Assembly (NCBI GenBank): GCA_964016885.1
Contig: OZ024741.1
Span: 349,184,001-349,248,000 of the forward strand
Source of the DNA: Eledone cirrhosa
Lineage: Eukaryota
Length of the DNA: 64,000 nt
Reading direction: 5' to 3'
The notes below the pieces were generated by a model that was not told the DNA's origin, did no database searches, and was given only the letters and a program-made list of their open reading frames with translations. Below, one piece after another: positions 13,124 to 25,690 of this stretch. Position numbers and translations under genes: made by a program. Numbering within the stretch: the stretch's first letter is position 1; each line of letters starts with the position of its first letter.

Positions 13124-14917
13124 GTTGGTGGTAAGGAGAAAAGGCACTTACCTCTCTGCGTCCCGGGGAGCGGGCCGCTCAATTTCCATGAGGGTTGGGG
13201 ATGGGTTTTTGTTGGGGTGGTGGTTTGTGGAAGTGTAGGGGCATCAGTGTGTTGTGGGGTTGGGGTGTTTGTGGTTGAGTGGGTGTCTGGGTAGGGGGTG
13301 GGTAAATTTTTTAGGAGGACGTGGTTGATTGGCTTGGAGCAGGGGGGGCACGACCTCCGTGAAATTTATTTTCAACGTTTTGTATAAGTTCATTGGGACT
13401 TTAATCATTTGTAAATGAGGTAGTCCCACAGCAGTTAGAAAGTTAGGCCCTTCAGTTTTGACCGAAGGGTTTGACGAAATTGTGTTCATTAGTTCTTTGT
13501 TGTCTGTGTTCATGTATGTATATTGTAAAGTCTTTTTTGCGTAGCAGTTAGTGTTGTGTGACGGGGAGGGGTGGTTTGTATATAGTTTGTTTTCTCTTGG
13601 GGAGGGTTAATGTTAATAAGTGTGTCTGTGGTGCGCCTCCTCTTCTTTCTTTTCACTATTTGGAAGGGATCTTTTTCGTCTTGCGACGAAAGGGGTTCGT
13701 CTTCCTTGTTGGGTGGGAGGGGTATATTTTCTGGTAGTGTTTGCGGTGTGTGTGTTTTTGTATTTGTTTTGGGTGGGGAGGTGTTGGGTGGGACAGTGTT
13801 CTGTGTTGTTTATTCACGTGTTTGTTGTTGTTGTTGTGGTGGTGGTGTTGTTGGTTTTTTTTGTTGTTGTTGTTGTGGTTGTTGTTGTTGTTGTTGTTGG
13901 GGTGGTAGTGGTGTTGGTTGTTGGGGTGTTGGTAGCAATGTTTTTTTCGGTGTGAGCTGGGGACAGGCAGCCCTCAGGTGACCTCTATTGCCACAGAGGT
14001 AACAGGAGGGACGCCTACCCTCCACAATAATGTTGAGGTGGGTACGGTCATCCAGCATGACGCGCTCAGGGATTTGGGCGATACGTTCTGGCCTTATTTG
14101 GGTCAGAACTTCAATGCTCGTTCCACTGAACGCGTCGCCGGTGCCTTCCCTATTGATATAAGGTTGCCCTCGTCTAAGTTGAGGAAACCGGTTAGTAACC
14201 ACCAGTAGTTTATGTTTGGGGTGATGGTGGTTATCCAAATTCTTTGGGGTTTTTTACCCATGTAGGTGGGGAAAAAGGTGTAATGTGTGGAACGAATTGG
14301 CGACACAGAGTATTTTTTCGCCGCCAATTCGTCTTTCATCAATATGGATAAACTCCCATAGAGTTTATCCTTTTGTATGAAAATTATGTCTTTCATAGCC
14401 TCTTTCAGGTCCAACTGAATTTCAGCTTGAGATGGTTGTGCTGGTTTTTTTGTTTTGTTTGCAATTGTACGGAATACAACAGTTCGTAATTCCGTCTGTT
14501 TTTTTAGTTCTGGGGGCGAATTGATGGAAAAAGATCCATTTTCGCCAAAAGATACATATTTTTTTGCTTTTTCAAGCATTTCTTTTGCATTGATATATCG
14601 TCAAGCACATATGTGACTGATATTTTAGCAATCTGTGCAACAGATATTTTGTTTTCTTTGTTGGTGTTTGAGTTGTTCTGTTTCTCGTAGTTTGAATTGT
14701 TTTCATTTTTGTTGTTGTTGTCTTTCTCATTTGGTGTGTTGGTTTTGTCATTGTTAGTGTTTGAGTTGTAATTAATAGGGTTTGCACCCGTATTTAATTG
14801 TTTGTCCGGCATATCGCCTTTTACAAAGTCTTTTACAACGTTGACGCGGGAAAGCAAAACGCTTTGTACCGCTTGCTTCTTTCTCTCTTCTAGTGAGAGT
14901 GGCGTTATTGTCCACAC
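13120..14917 (-). pseudogene. Tx1 ORF1 of copy 4, frameshifted
   Basis: RTVVFRTI, KDKLYGSL, VEGRRPSCYLCGNRGHLRAACPQL match copy 2 ORF1; poly-Q expansion. Confidence 0.85.
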
Positions 14918-15140
14918 GTGCTACAGACATGACGTCAATTTTTTACCATGTGAGTCAGCAAAAATATTTTGGAGTAGTTTTTACCCCCAAAATGGGTAAA
15001 AATACGATGACCACCCGTCTACAGACCTAGCCGGGTGGTTAAAAGGCACGAAGACAACACAATAAAGAGACAAACACTTACTGTCAATGGGTAAAAATTC
15101 AAAAAGGCAGCAGCTATGTTATACGCGTCTATACTATACG

Positions 15141-15186
<46 letters not shown>

Positions 15187-17252
15187 ATTTTTTATTAGGC
15201 ACAAGGGCACAAAAGAAGGAAACAAATACAAATGGGGAGTTTACATACTGGTATATGAAAATAAAACTATTAATAAAATAACAAATAGCAATTGAAATCA
15301 GCAATAAGGGGGAGGCGTTACACAGGGGTTGTACACACCCCGAAAAAATGTACAACCCTCATCTCCAGGGGCACCAAGAGTGAGTACTCCCTTCCTCTCT
15401 TCCTCCTTTTCCTCAACCTACAGCCTTATATAGAGAGAAGGCCCAACCACTCGGATCATCTTTGCCACATTTACCCACCTTTTATCAAATGTGCTGGGGA
15501 ACAGCAGCTCTCTCCATCCTGATTCTTCTTCCAAAATGATATTTGAAAAAACGAATCAGTTGCTCGCCGGAGAGAAAGGTGTCTGACCTCAGCCCTTTTT
15601 AACCTCGTCCACCATATAACCTCTTTCACCATAGCCTTAACACAGGAAAATCGCCTCTCCCTCGTTTTTGAAGGAGGGTGACAATTTTATCATGACAATG
15701 AACTCGGTGGTCAACTAGATTGGTCCCACCCGCGACAATAGTCGTTCTACATCGGCCTACAGGTCGGTAACGTCCGGGCAGTGTACAAATGCGTGCGCGA
15801 CGGTTTCCTTTTTCGAAGGGTCCCTAACCGAGCGCCCGTGTCTGTAGAGCTTGTCTCGAACTGGTAGAGCTCCTCGGTAGCACTGTCAGACCAGGGACTT
15901 TTGGAAGTGGTCCATTGGTCCCGAGCGGAAGGTCCTACCGAACAGACTGGCCAGTTCGTCCTCCTCTACGCCTAGAGTTTCTCCGAGCGTGTCGTCGCAC
16001 TTGCTGCGGACCAACCCTCTATAGAATGTCGAAGTGGAGTCTCCACTGATCGCCGGGTCCTTTTACCAGAGGGCTGTGGGCGCCTGAGCACATTCGATGT
16101 GCCAGTCGCCCATTTGCCTTGGTCTTTGCTTGACCCAGGACTGCAGCTCGGTCAGCGAGACGAGTCGTGGGAAGGCTCGCCTCACGAACGCGGCCCACAC
16201 CGGTTGTCTGGTGAGGAATACGTGGAGGTGCCACAGCCTGAGCGCGTGTTAACGCGTCGTCAGCCACGGCATCCCCAGCCCTCCGTTTGACCGGTGATGG
16301 CAGCAGATGGATCTTCTCACCAAAGGAGCCCGTTTCTTCCAAAGGAATGGGAAGAGGGCGCGCTCCATTTTGGTGAGCGTTTTGGCTGGACAAGGCACGA
16401 CGGTCAAGCGGTAGTAGATGACGGACGCTATAAATGGGTTCGCCACCTCCGCTCGACCTTCCAAGGATAGTTTGCACTCGGCCCACTTCTGCGTGAGCGC
16501 AAACACCTTGGCGGTCACCTCGTTCCATTTCTTCTCCACCTGGAGGTCCGGACCAAACCAGACCCCGAGAAGCTTTACCGGTCCTTCCGTCCAGCGTCCG
16601 ACGACGCTATCGGAAGGTTATCGGTTTGCCTCTCCACGTTCCGAGTTGCAAACCGACGGATTTGTCCCGGTTTAGCTTCGCTCCTGTGAAACTTTCGTAT
16701 TCCTCCAGTAAGGTGCCGACCTCCCCGATTTGCGAGGTGCTCGACACTATTGCTGTTACGTCGTCGGCGTAGGCCGACGCCGCTTTTCGCAGTCCCGGTT
16801 CCAAAGGGATGCACTGCAATAGTCAGTACATACAGAAGGGAGGAGAGAGGGCATCTCTGTCGGATGGATCGCGTGATATTGAACGGCTCAGAGAGGTAGC
16901 CGGTCACCTTGACCCTTGAGCAGATGTTGCTGCTGTGCATTGCAGCAATCCAGCCCCTGAACACGGGTCCGAAGCCTGCTACCTCGAGCACCGCATCTAG
17001 GTAACGATGGTCAACCCTATCGAAAGCCTTAGACTGATCCAAGTTGATCAGGGCCCCACGGAAGCCGAGTTTACACCCTACCCTGTCTATGATGTATCGC
17101 ATGAGGTGGAGGTTGTCGTGTATGGACCTGGTCGGGATTGCGCATGTCTGCGCTTCTCCCACCAGGTTTTCGACAACAATCGCTAGCCTCTTTGTCAATA
17201 CCATGGCCAAAATCTGTAACTCTGTGTTGAGCAGAGTTATGGGCCGGAAGTT
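15141..17252 (-). mobile_element. Tx1 copy 5 (5'-truncated, more diverged subfamily, internal deletions)
   Basis: RT fragments (LDQSKAFDRVDH, AYADDVT) and a diverged 3' UTR; (GATA)n at 15141-15185 and degenerate GATA at 17253-17274. Confidence 0.9.
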
Positions 17253-17614
17253 AGATATATAGATAAATAGATATGTTTATCCTTGGTTCAATCGGGGATA
17301 ACAACAGTAAGTAAGGCACTCAATACATAGCAGAGTATAAACATTTAATATTTAATAGCACACACAGAAATTAACCAATGACCTCCACCCATCCCAATCA
17401 CCACCCTTCCTACTTCCAGAAAATGTACAAATACCACCATATTACATTGACAGTTGGCTTTCCTGATGATTTCTCCCGAATGAAACAGTTCTAGTCCTGT
17501 AGAAGCCATTTCTATATTAAATATATATATATATATAACGAAGGACGTGTAGTAAGGAACCAGATGGTCTATAACGCACCAGAGTACTCAATACTTAGGG
17601 TAGTAGAGTGTGTA

Positions 17615-17730
17615 ATAGGAAAATGTTTGACCCCGACGGCAGAGCTCAAGCCTTTTCGACGACTATTTCTGAACTAAAATAGCCGCCGAAACGACTTGAG
17701 CTCTGCCGTCGGGGTCTAACATTTTCCTAT
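17615..17730. repeat. ~116 bp near-perfect palindrome next to a (TA)n tract
   Basis: ATAGGAAAATGTTTGACCCCGACGGCAGAGCTCAAG ... CTTGAGCTCTGCCGTCGGGGTCTAACATTTTCCTAT. Confidence 0.85.
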
Positions 17731-17860
17731 ATATATATATAGTGGTAAAACTCCAGGAGGTTATATCCGTAGTAAGTAGAGCACTCAGTTCATAGGGTTG
17801 AAAATTCGTTGGGTGAAAACCGCGTCCTTGAGTATGGTTTACTAATTTGTTGTGGAATTA

Positions 17861-17899
<39 letters not shown>

Positions 17900-19135
17900 A
17901 GAGAGCGAAAGAGACATATAAATATACACACACTCATATCGCAATGACTATTAATATTTCCATTCGTGGTCAAACGAGAGTAATCGTTTACGGTCGATCG
18001 TCCCAAACAACAGAAAAACTATGTCATTGTATATGAATTCTTCCAAAACGTTTATTGATTTCATTTAACAAATTTCTATTATTTGATTTGCATTTCTCTC
18101 TACGAAACCCCTTACCACCCACCCTAATATATGATATATATATATAACCTAAAATATATTGTTTCCATATATATATAACTTACAATATATTATTTACATA
18201 TATGTGCGTGTGTGTGTGTGTATGTGTAATCAAACTATATTTAGAACCACTGAGTGTATAGGAAGTTATGAATTGTAGCTTCAACGATTCGACTGTAAAA
18301 AGAATTTGGGATTGTAAGACCCTGGAGACAGAAAAAAGTTGTAGTGCTGTACAAACTGTACAAATTTCTTCCGTCTCAAGAGACCAATATGTCCAACTTG
18401 TTAAACTATTGTTCAAAGTCAAAAATGTATTCCCGCTCCACGGTTACATTGTATATGGTTTACATGGTTTCTGGCAGCATATTAAGGCTGAAAATGCGAA
18501 TAGACTACATAGTCAGTCCCAGCAAAATAGACAAACATATTTTTAAGCTTATTTTACCGAAAAGATGCAAATCTATCCGGAATCTCGGGAGCTTATTTTA
18601 CCACTAAATAATAAATAGTGAACCAAGGAAGCGACTACTATCTTTAACCCATGTCGTGAGTTTTTCCTAAAATTCCTTATTTCGAAAATATTTGACTTTC
18701 TGCTAAACTCTTCAGCCATAGAACTCAGTAGATGTGTGTGTATGCAACTAAAGCGTAACGTACGTTACGAATGGACAAAACAAGCAGAATCATAATAAGA
18801 TGATGACTAAATGATTTTAACTTGTTATTTTAACAGTTGATGCTGGAAAAGATTTCAAATTCTCTTAACAATTGTCTTAACTCAGGCCACAACTCATGTT
18901 CTCTGACATACAGGCTAAATAGCCTGGGAGTCTATTTTACCCGACCGGCTACATAGCCTATTCCCTGAAAATAACAGAAGAAATCGTCTATTGCACTCTG
19001 GTGTAAAGGTAACACAGTGAAACGGAATATTGCAGGTATGAGTGCGTGTCCCATAGGTGGAACTGTTCAAATCTGTTCATCTTATTTCGAATATTTTTTC
19101 ATAGTCAAAAACGTTGAAACTACTAAAATTCAATT

Positions 19136-19192
<57 letters not shown>

Positions 19193-19193
<1 letters not shown>

Positions 19194-20109
19194 TAGCAGT
19201 AGTACCCGGCGTTGCACGGGATAAGGTATTTTGGAAGGCGGGCTGCCAACAGACCTATTCGTGGAAAAACTGCATGCCTGGACAATATGTAAAGACAATA
19301 AACCGAATATTCTGATGGCTGGATAATCTTTAAGATTTTCCTCGATGAAGCAGGAAATATGCAGATTTTCACCTAATGCAGGCCCTAGGGGATCAAGAAA
19401 ATGAATTTGTTTTATGTGCATAATATGCCTTGAAATTTCGGGAAAATCGGTTAGACGTAACGCCTCCAAAAAGCCCTAAAAAGCTGAAAAAATGAAGTTT
19501 TTCACCTAATGCGGGTCCTAGGCCATAAAAAGTTGGATTTTCTTTGCTCACAATATGAAGAAGAGACTGACTAATACATAGTTACAATTTCAAGGAAATC
19601 CGTCTGACGTAACGCCTAAAAAAAACCTAAAGAGCTTTAAAAACGAAGTTTTTCACCTAATTCGGGCCCTAGGAGATCAAAAAGTTGAATTTTATGTGCA
19701 TACCACTCCCTGAAACAAGTAATACACATGTAAAGTTTGAAAAAAAATCCGTTGGGTACTTCTCGAGTTTTAGGGATTCAAACTCACAGACACACACACA
19801 GAAACAGACATCCTCAGGGAAATGACGTAATGCAGACAGCCAGACATACAGACAGATATTATAAGGGCGCGATGTTATATGTATGTATTTATCTAAAAAG
19901 AGAAAGACTAAGAATTATAGAGAGAGATCGCTAAATCACCTAATGTGGTCTCTAGGGCATTGAACATTTGAAATTTGTTTTGCTCTGAACACTCCCTGAA
20001 ACATAAGTATTACATGTGTAAAGTTTGAAAACAGTCGGTTGAGTGGTTCTCGAGTTTTAGGGATTCAAACTCACACACAGACAGACATCCTCAGTTTTAT
20101 ATATATAGA
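19193..20109 (-). mobile_element. Non-autonomous Helitron A
   Basis: Minus strand starts TCTATATATATAAAACTGAGGATGTCTGTCTG and ends with hairpin CCCGTGCAACGCCGGG plus TACTACTGCTAG|T; internal repeats starting TTTTCACCTAAT at ~19366, 19499, 19650, 19936. Confidence 0.82.
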
Positions 20110-21163
20110 CTAGCAGAAAACCACCCGGTGGGCGGTTTTCTGCTAGCAAATCTAGTGTATATACTGATATTGTTGATATTTGGATGAGAAATATTTTCGG
20201 CACCACATGTTCAGCGTCTCTCGGTGTGTCTTTTATGCATATATAAATATATATGTTATCTATACGGTGAAATCTTTGAAATAAATATATGTTAAAACGA
20301 AAAAGGAGAAAATAAATAACTGGCGGTTAGAAAAAAATATTCCTATGAAATTTTAATCATACCATTAGGTGTGAATAAGGAAATATTTTTTTATTCTCAA
20401 AACAAATGTTCAAAAGTTAAACTTCAATTTTTTGAATTATTTCCAATTTTGTCATGAAATTGAACACTGGACATTGGCTGCTGGAAATGGAAATTAAATC
20501 GTATTTAATTGTATTTAAATTTCTAACCTTATTTTATTATTTATATTTTTCAATAAGAAATAAAAAAAAACAACAAAAAAGTTGGAGAAAAAAATTGAAC
20601 ATATCAAACGTAGGTTATGGAACTGCGCAATCTGATTAATAAATTACCTCATCAGCAGCAACCTTCTTCAAATGGTCCTTATTATCAGCAGCAACAACCA
20701 CAAATTCTATGGCAACCTTCTTCAAACCATAAATTCAATGGCAACCTTCTTCAAATGGTCCTTATTATCAGCAGCAACAACCACAAATTCAATGGCAACC
20801 TTCTTCGCATGGTGTCAAGTCAGAACCGCCTCGAACTGGTTACTTCTGGCTTGTGCAAGGTGTCTCTATAGCAACCAGAGATTCCCTCGGCCTCAGTGAC
20901 CAAAGTCAGTGGAGAGGGGAAGGTAATGTTTCTATAGCGACAGTGTTTCTCTTGGTAGTACCAAAGTGGAGAAAGGAAGGGGAAGGTAATATTTCTGTAG
21001 CACGTGTTTTAGCGTCTATTCACTGTCTCTCTCTCCCTCTCTCCCTCCCGCTATCCCCCTCTCGTAGTCTGTCTCTTTCTTTCACTCTCACTCTCTCTCT
21101 ACGCACGTGTTTCCACTGTCGGACAGACAGACAGAGAAATTGCTGGTTATATATATAAGTAGA
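20110..21163 (-). mobile_element. Non-autonomous Helitron B1
   Basis: 5' TC, subterminal (CTGT)n, 3' palindrome ending CTAG, fused directly to Helitron A. Confidence 0.75.
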
Positions 21164-21241
21164 CTAGCAGAAAACCGCCCAACGCGTGGTTTTCTGCTAG
21201 TATATATATATATTACACACACAGAAATGTATATATATTTC

Positions 21242-21308
<67 letters not shown>

Positions 21309-21767
21309 CACACACAGAAATGTATATATATATTTCTGTGTGTATATATATATATATATTACACACACAGAAATGTATATATATTTCTGTGTGTATATAT
21401 ATATATTTCTGTGTGTGTATATATATATATATATTACACACACACAGAAATGTATATATGTTTCTGTAGCACTCCTCAATTCCCCCCTCTCTCCCTCCCG
21501 CTATCCCCCTCTTGTAGTCTGTCTCTTTCTTTCACTCTCACTCTCTCTCTACGCGTGCGCAAAAAATATTCGCACGCGTGCACGTGTTTTAGCGTCTATT
21601 CACTCTCTCTCTCCCTCTCTCCCTCCCGCTATCCCCTCTCGTAGTCTGTCTCTTTCTTTCACTCTCACTCTCTCTCTACGCGTGCGCAAAAAACATTCGC
21701 ACGCGCGCACGTGTTTCCACTGTCGGACAGACAGACAGAGAAATTGCTGGTTATATATTATAAGGAG

Positions 21768-21768
<1 letters not shown>
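21164..21768 (-). mobile_element. Non-autonomous Helitron B2
   Basis: Same 5' ~170 bp as B1 (A|TCTCC... start at 21768) and same terminal palindrome ending CTAG. Confidence 0.72.
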
Positions 21769-21832
<64 letters not shown>

Positions 21833-22259
21833 GGAAAAGTCAACAAGGAAGTATAACACATGAGAGCAATACAATGCAATGGTGGTGTACTACTGAACAC
21901 TTTGTATTGGCGTAAAAGTAATTTGACGTTTCGGCTGGTATGCTTTATTGGAAGATAGAATAGCAGAGAGAATAATAGTGAGAATAGTGTGTGTTTGGGC
22001 GGGAGAAGATAAGGAAAGAGGTAAAGGTTATATAGGAGAGAAAGCACGTGTTCTTGTTAGTCAGACATGTGTGTGTATATGTATATATATATATCTATAT
22101 ATATATATATATATCAAAATAAATTAACAGAGTCATAAACTCGCGTTGATAACACATACTCTCTCTCTCTCGTGTATTATCTTTTCTCTCTCTCTCTCTA
22201 TATATTTATATATATATATAATTACAGGATTATACGCGAGTCCTTTGCTCCGTTATGTT

Positions 22260-22347
<88 letters not shown>

Positions 22348-22353
22348 ATTTAT

Positions 22354-22384
<31 letters not shown>

Positions 22385-22590
22385 TGTGTGTGTTTGTGTG
22401 TGTGTATGTATACAGTATATATATATAGAGAGAGAGAGAAGGGGAGAGAGGAAGAGTGAGAGATAACAAAATCCAGAGAGGATTTCTGCTTTCACCGTAA
22501 AGCGGAATCTTCTGAAGGTACCACATTAGGGTGAAAGCAGGTTTCCTTGAACTTTCAGTCTGTGCTAATAATAAATAAAGAAAGAAAGAA

Positions 22591-22684
<94 letters not shown>

Positions 22685-23189
22685 ATGAGTGCCTGTGTAT
22701 GTGTAAACAAACATCGTATGCGAAGCTCGAACTTTCGAACTTACGCATCTCAGAGAGAATAAATTATATAGAAGACGTAGTATGCTCAGGCGAGAAATTA
22801 ACTGTAATTACAGTTAGATGTTTTAAAACAGCTAATAGGATAGAGTAAATACTCTTAGATACGACAAAAGATGTTGCCAGCGGATGCTATGAGGGATCAA
22901 CTAAAATAGATATCAAAGGATTTCATTGGTAAAAAAGATTGAGAACCACTTTTCTCAATTATAAAAATGTCCAATCATATGGAGTACATATTTATGCAAG
23001 AATCATTAATTTAGTGACGCATATTTGAATAATAGATACTTTGAAACCTGTCTACAATGACTTAACAGCTTGGATTTCTTCTTTAATCCATGAATAGCTT
23101 TAAATAGAAGACATAAGGTGTCGCACGACTTAAGTTTGCTACTCAAATTTGAAAGAAAGCTGCCATACTCCGATAAAGTAACGTAGTTA

Positions 23190-23760
23190 AATATCTAGCA
23201 TTTAATTTCAAACGCTGCGTAATTTATTCCCTTTGAAATCAAATGTGGTTGTGAAAGTCTTTTATCCAATTTTTTCAATTCATGAAAATGTTGTGAAAGG
23301 CAAGGTTTAAAGTGATTTTCAGTACATCCTACATACTTTCTCGCTGCACTGCTAGTATTTGGTTGCCTCTTAGAGTAATATATCAGACATTTCAAAAGTC
23401 TAGCAATAGTTTGGGAGCAAAGTAATTTCAGGTATAAAGACAAACTCCATTAATTTTATTTTTATTTAAAAGGTCAATACATTTTTGCCATAAGATTTTT
23501 TCTTTAATCCATGAATATTTTGAAATAAAATGAATTGCGTAATCGAATTTTTATTAAAACATCTATAATATTTATGGTTCATCGCAAAATTTTGGGAATC
23601 TCTGGCAATGTGTGGTTGTGCATTTAAACTTGAGACAGGACTGCACCTTATAGTAATTTTTAGTTTATTGTGAGATGAAATTAGAGCTGTTTGTATGTGG
23701 TACATTTTTACGTAAAGCCAGAATTGTGAAAGTCTTCTTTATATTAATTAGAAGCCCTAA
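23190..23760 (-). pseudogene. Degraded Penelope-like element, GIY-YIG endonuclease region
   Basis: Fragments QNFAMNHKYYRCFNKNS and RKYVGCTENHFK resemble NFPPNHKYHQILNRS and YIGVTSNKFK of the PLE at 49567-51670. Confidence 0.6.
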
Positions 23761-24710
23761 TCAACGTGAAGCTATCAAAATGCAATAAAAAATACACGTT
23801 TGGAATATTAGCAGATATATTTCGTACAATGGGCGAATATATTTATAAATATTTATATATTTGGGATGTTCCTTCATTTGTTTTTCTAGCTATTTTTCTC
23901 ATACTTCATCAAAAAAGGAAAAGTTTGCCAAAGGTTACAAGATGCAGAGTAATACCCTTCATTAAAAACTTTGACCCTAGTTGTTGATTGATCTATGATT
24001 GTATGCCTGTGTGTTCCTGCGTGAATGGGTGTGTGTAAGTGTGTCTTTTGTATATGTGTTGAGTGTTTGTGTGTGTATGTGTATGTGTGTGTGTATGTGT
24101 ATGAATATAATGTTTATCTGTTTATCTGTTTATGTGGTTGGATGTACCTGCCTCCATTGTGTGTATAATCGCGTGTGTGCCTATGTGCATCTGCGTATGT
24201 CTTAAATGTGTACTGTATGTGTGTATGTGTGTGTGTGTATGTGTGTGAGTGTGTGTGTGTGAGTGTGTATGTGTGTGTGTGTGTGTGTGTCTGTATGTGT
24301 GCTTTCTCTCAAAGGCGTTTCCAGAGAAGTGAAACTGTGTGTAAAGATTTTACAGAAATAACATTCATAGATAAGAGGCAGTACTGTGTGTTTTAGCAAC
24401 TAAATTATAGGAAGGGAACAGAGGAGAGCGGTGTATCAGTTAGTGGTACAGGATGGGAGAGAGAGAAACCTAGAGGAAGTTGGGAATATTGAGAGACGGA
24501 GAGTCAGGGGTGACTGAGAGGCGAAGATGGAAGGGTTGGAGAACAAAAAAATGCAAAAGATTATAGGTTTCAACTGCTGTGAATCTTCTTGAATTTTATT
24601 ATTTCCAAATTAATTATTGTCTTTACTTTTTAGTGTTTCTAAAGAATTAAAGAAAGTGTGATGAATGAGAAAGATATAGTAAATGAGTTTTATATATTTC
24701 ATTTTATACA

Positions 24711-24795
24711 TATTAGGTCGTCAAGTACGAAATTTGTGGAGATTTGTAGAGAAAAAAAACAAATTCCTATAAATGTCAGATTTGACGACCTAATA
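24711..24795. mobile_element. Mariner-type MITE (~81 bp)
   Basis: TA + TTAGGTCGTCAA ... TTGACGACCTAA + TA (12-bp TIRs, TA target duplication). Confidence 0.7.
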
Positions 24796-25123
24796 TAAAC
24801 AAAATTTATGTAATATATATAATAAATATGAAATATTCAAAAGAAACCATTCAATAGGAATCAGTAAAAAAAAATACAAATTAACACGGCAAAAGACTAT
24901 AAATAAGATGAAAAGGAGGAAAAGAGAAAGGATTATTAAAAGCCAATGTTGATCTCGTCGGGATCTGAACTCAGATTTTCACTTATTAGCACAAACACAC
25001 ATCGCTTGAATTTACTTGCAATTGAATTATCTGTTAGTTCCTTGAAAACTATCTTCGTACGTATATATGTACATATGTATGTTCATGTGTGTGAATGCGT
25101 GTATGTGTATATTTGTTTTAGTG

Positions 25124-25204
<81 letters not shown>

Positions 25205-25205
<1 letters not shown>

Positions 25206-25398
25206 GGTGGATTGGCAGTATCGGTAGAGGGTCGGACGCCATGCTTTGACGCATAGAGTTACGGCCCTTATCATTCTGATTTCAAATCTGCCAAGGTTGA
25301 CTTTGCCTTTCATCCTTACGGGGTCGATAAAATAAAGTACAAGTAATGTACTGGTGATTTGCTGGCCTTGTGCCAAAAGTAGAAACAATTATTATTAT
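25205..25398 (+). mobile_element. tRNA-derived SINE (family S1)
   Basis: GGTGGATTGGCAGTATCGGTAGAG head, central GCCTTTCATCCTTACGGGGTCGATAAAATAAAGTAC, tail AGTAGAAACAATTATTAT; multiple copies in the window. Confidence 0.85.
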
Positions 25399-25601
25399 AT
25401 ATTTTCATTTATATATATATATAAATAAAATTATCGAGAATCGGAACTTCGGCCCACGAAATAACGAAAAACAATCTTCGAAATGTGCAGCAAAGTGCTC
25501 AATGTTTCGGATGAACCAGAGCTATAACTAACGTTTAATACCAACACACTGAGTCGATGCTTAATATATACAGATTATATATATATTTGTGTGTGCATAT
25601 A

Positions 25602-25672
<71 letters not shown>

Positions 25673-25690
25673 TTATATATATATATATAC

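Larger units (their letters stand above)
9407..15140 (-). mobile_element. Tx1 copy 4 (full length, several frameshifts)
   Basis: ORF1 fragments 13244-14917 incl. CYLCGNRGHLRAAC; ORF2 ~9690-13123 with MAVLRVGCLNARGL, GDWN, SDH, YADD; (GATA)n at both ends. Confidence 0.94.

Noticed and set aside
211-17252. Telomeric retrotransposon array
   Set aside because: No TTAGGG-type repeats, and ordinary sequence flanks both sides.
856-17262. Plus-strand ORFs recurring across Tx1 copies
   Set aside because: Antisense shadows of ORF2; recurrence reflects element homology only.
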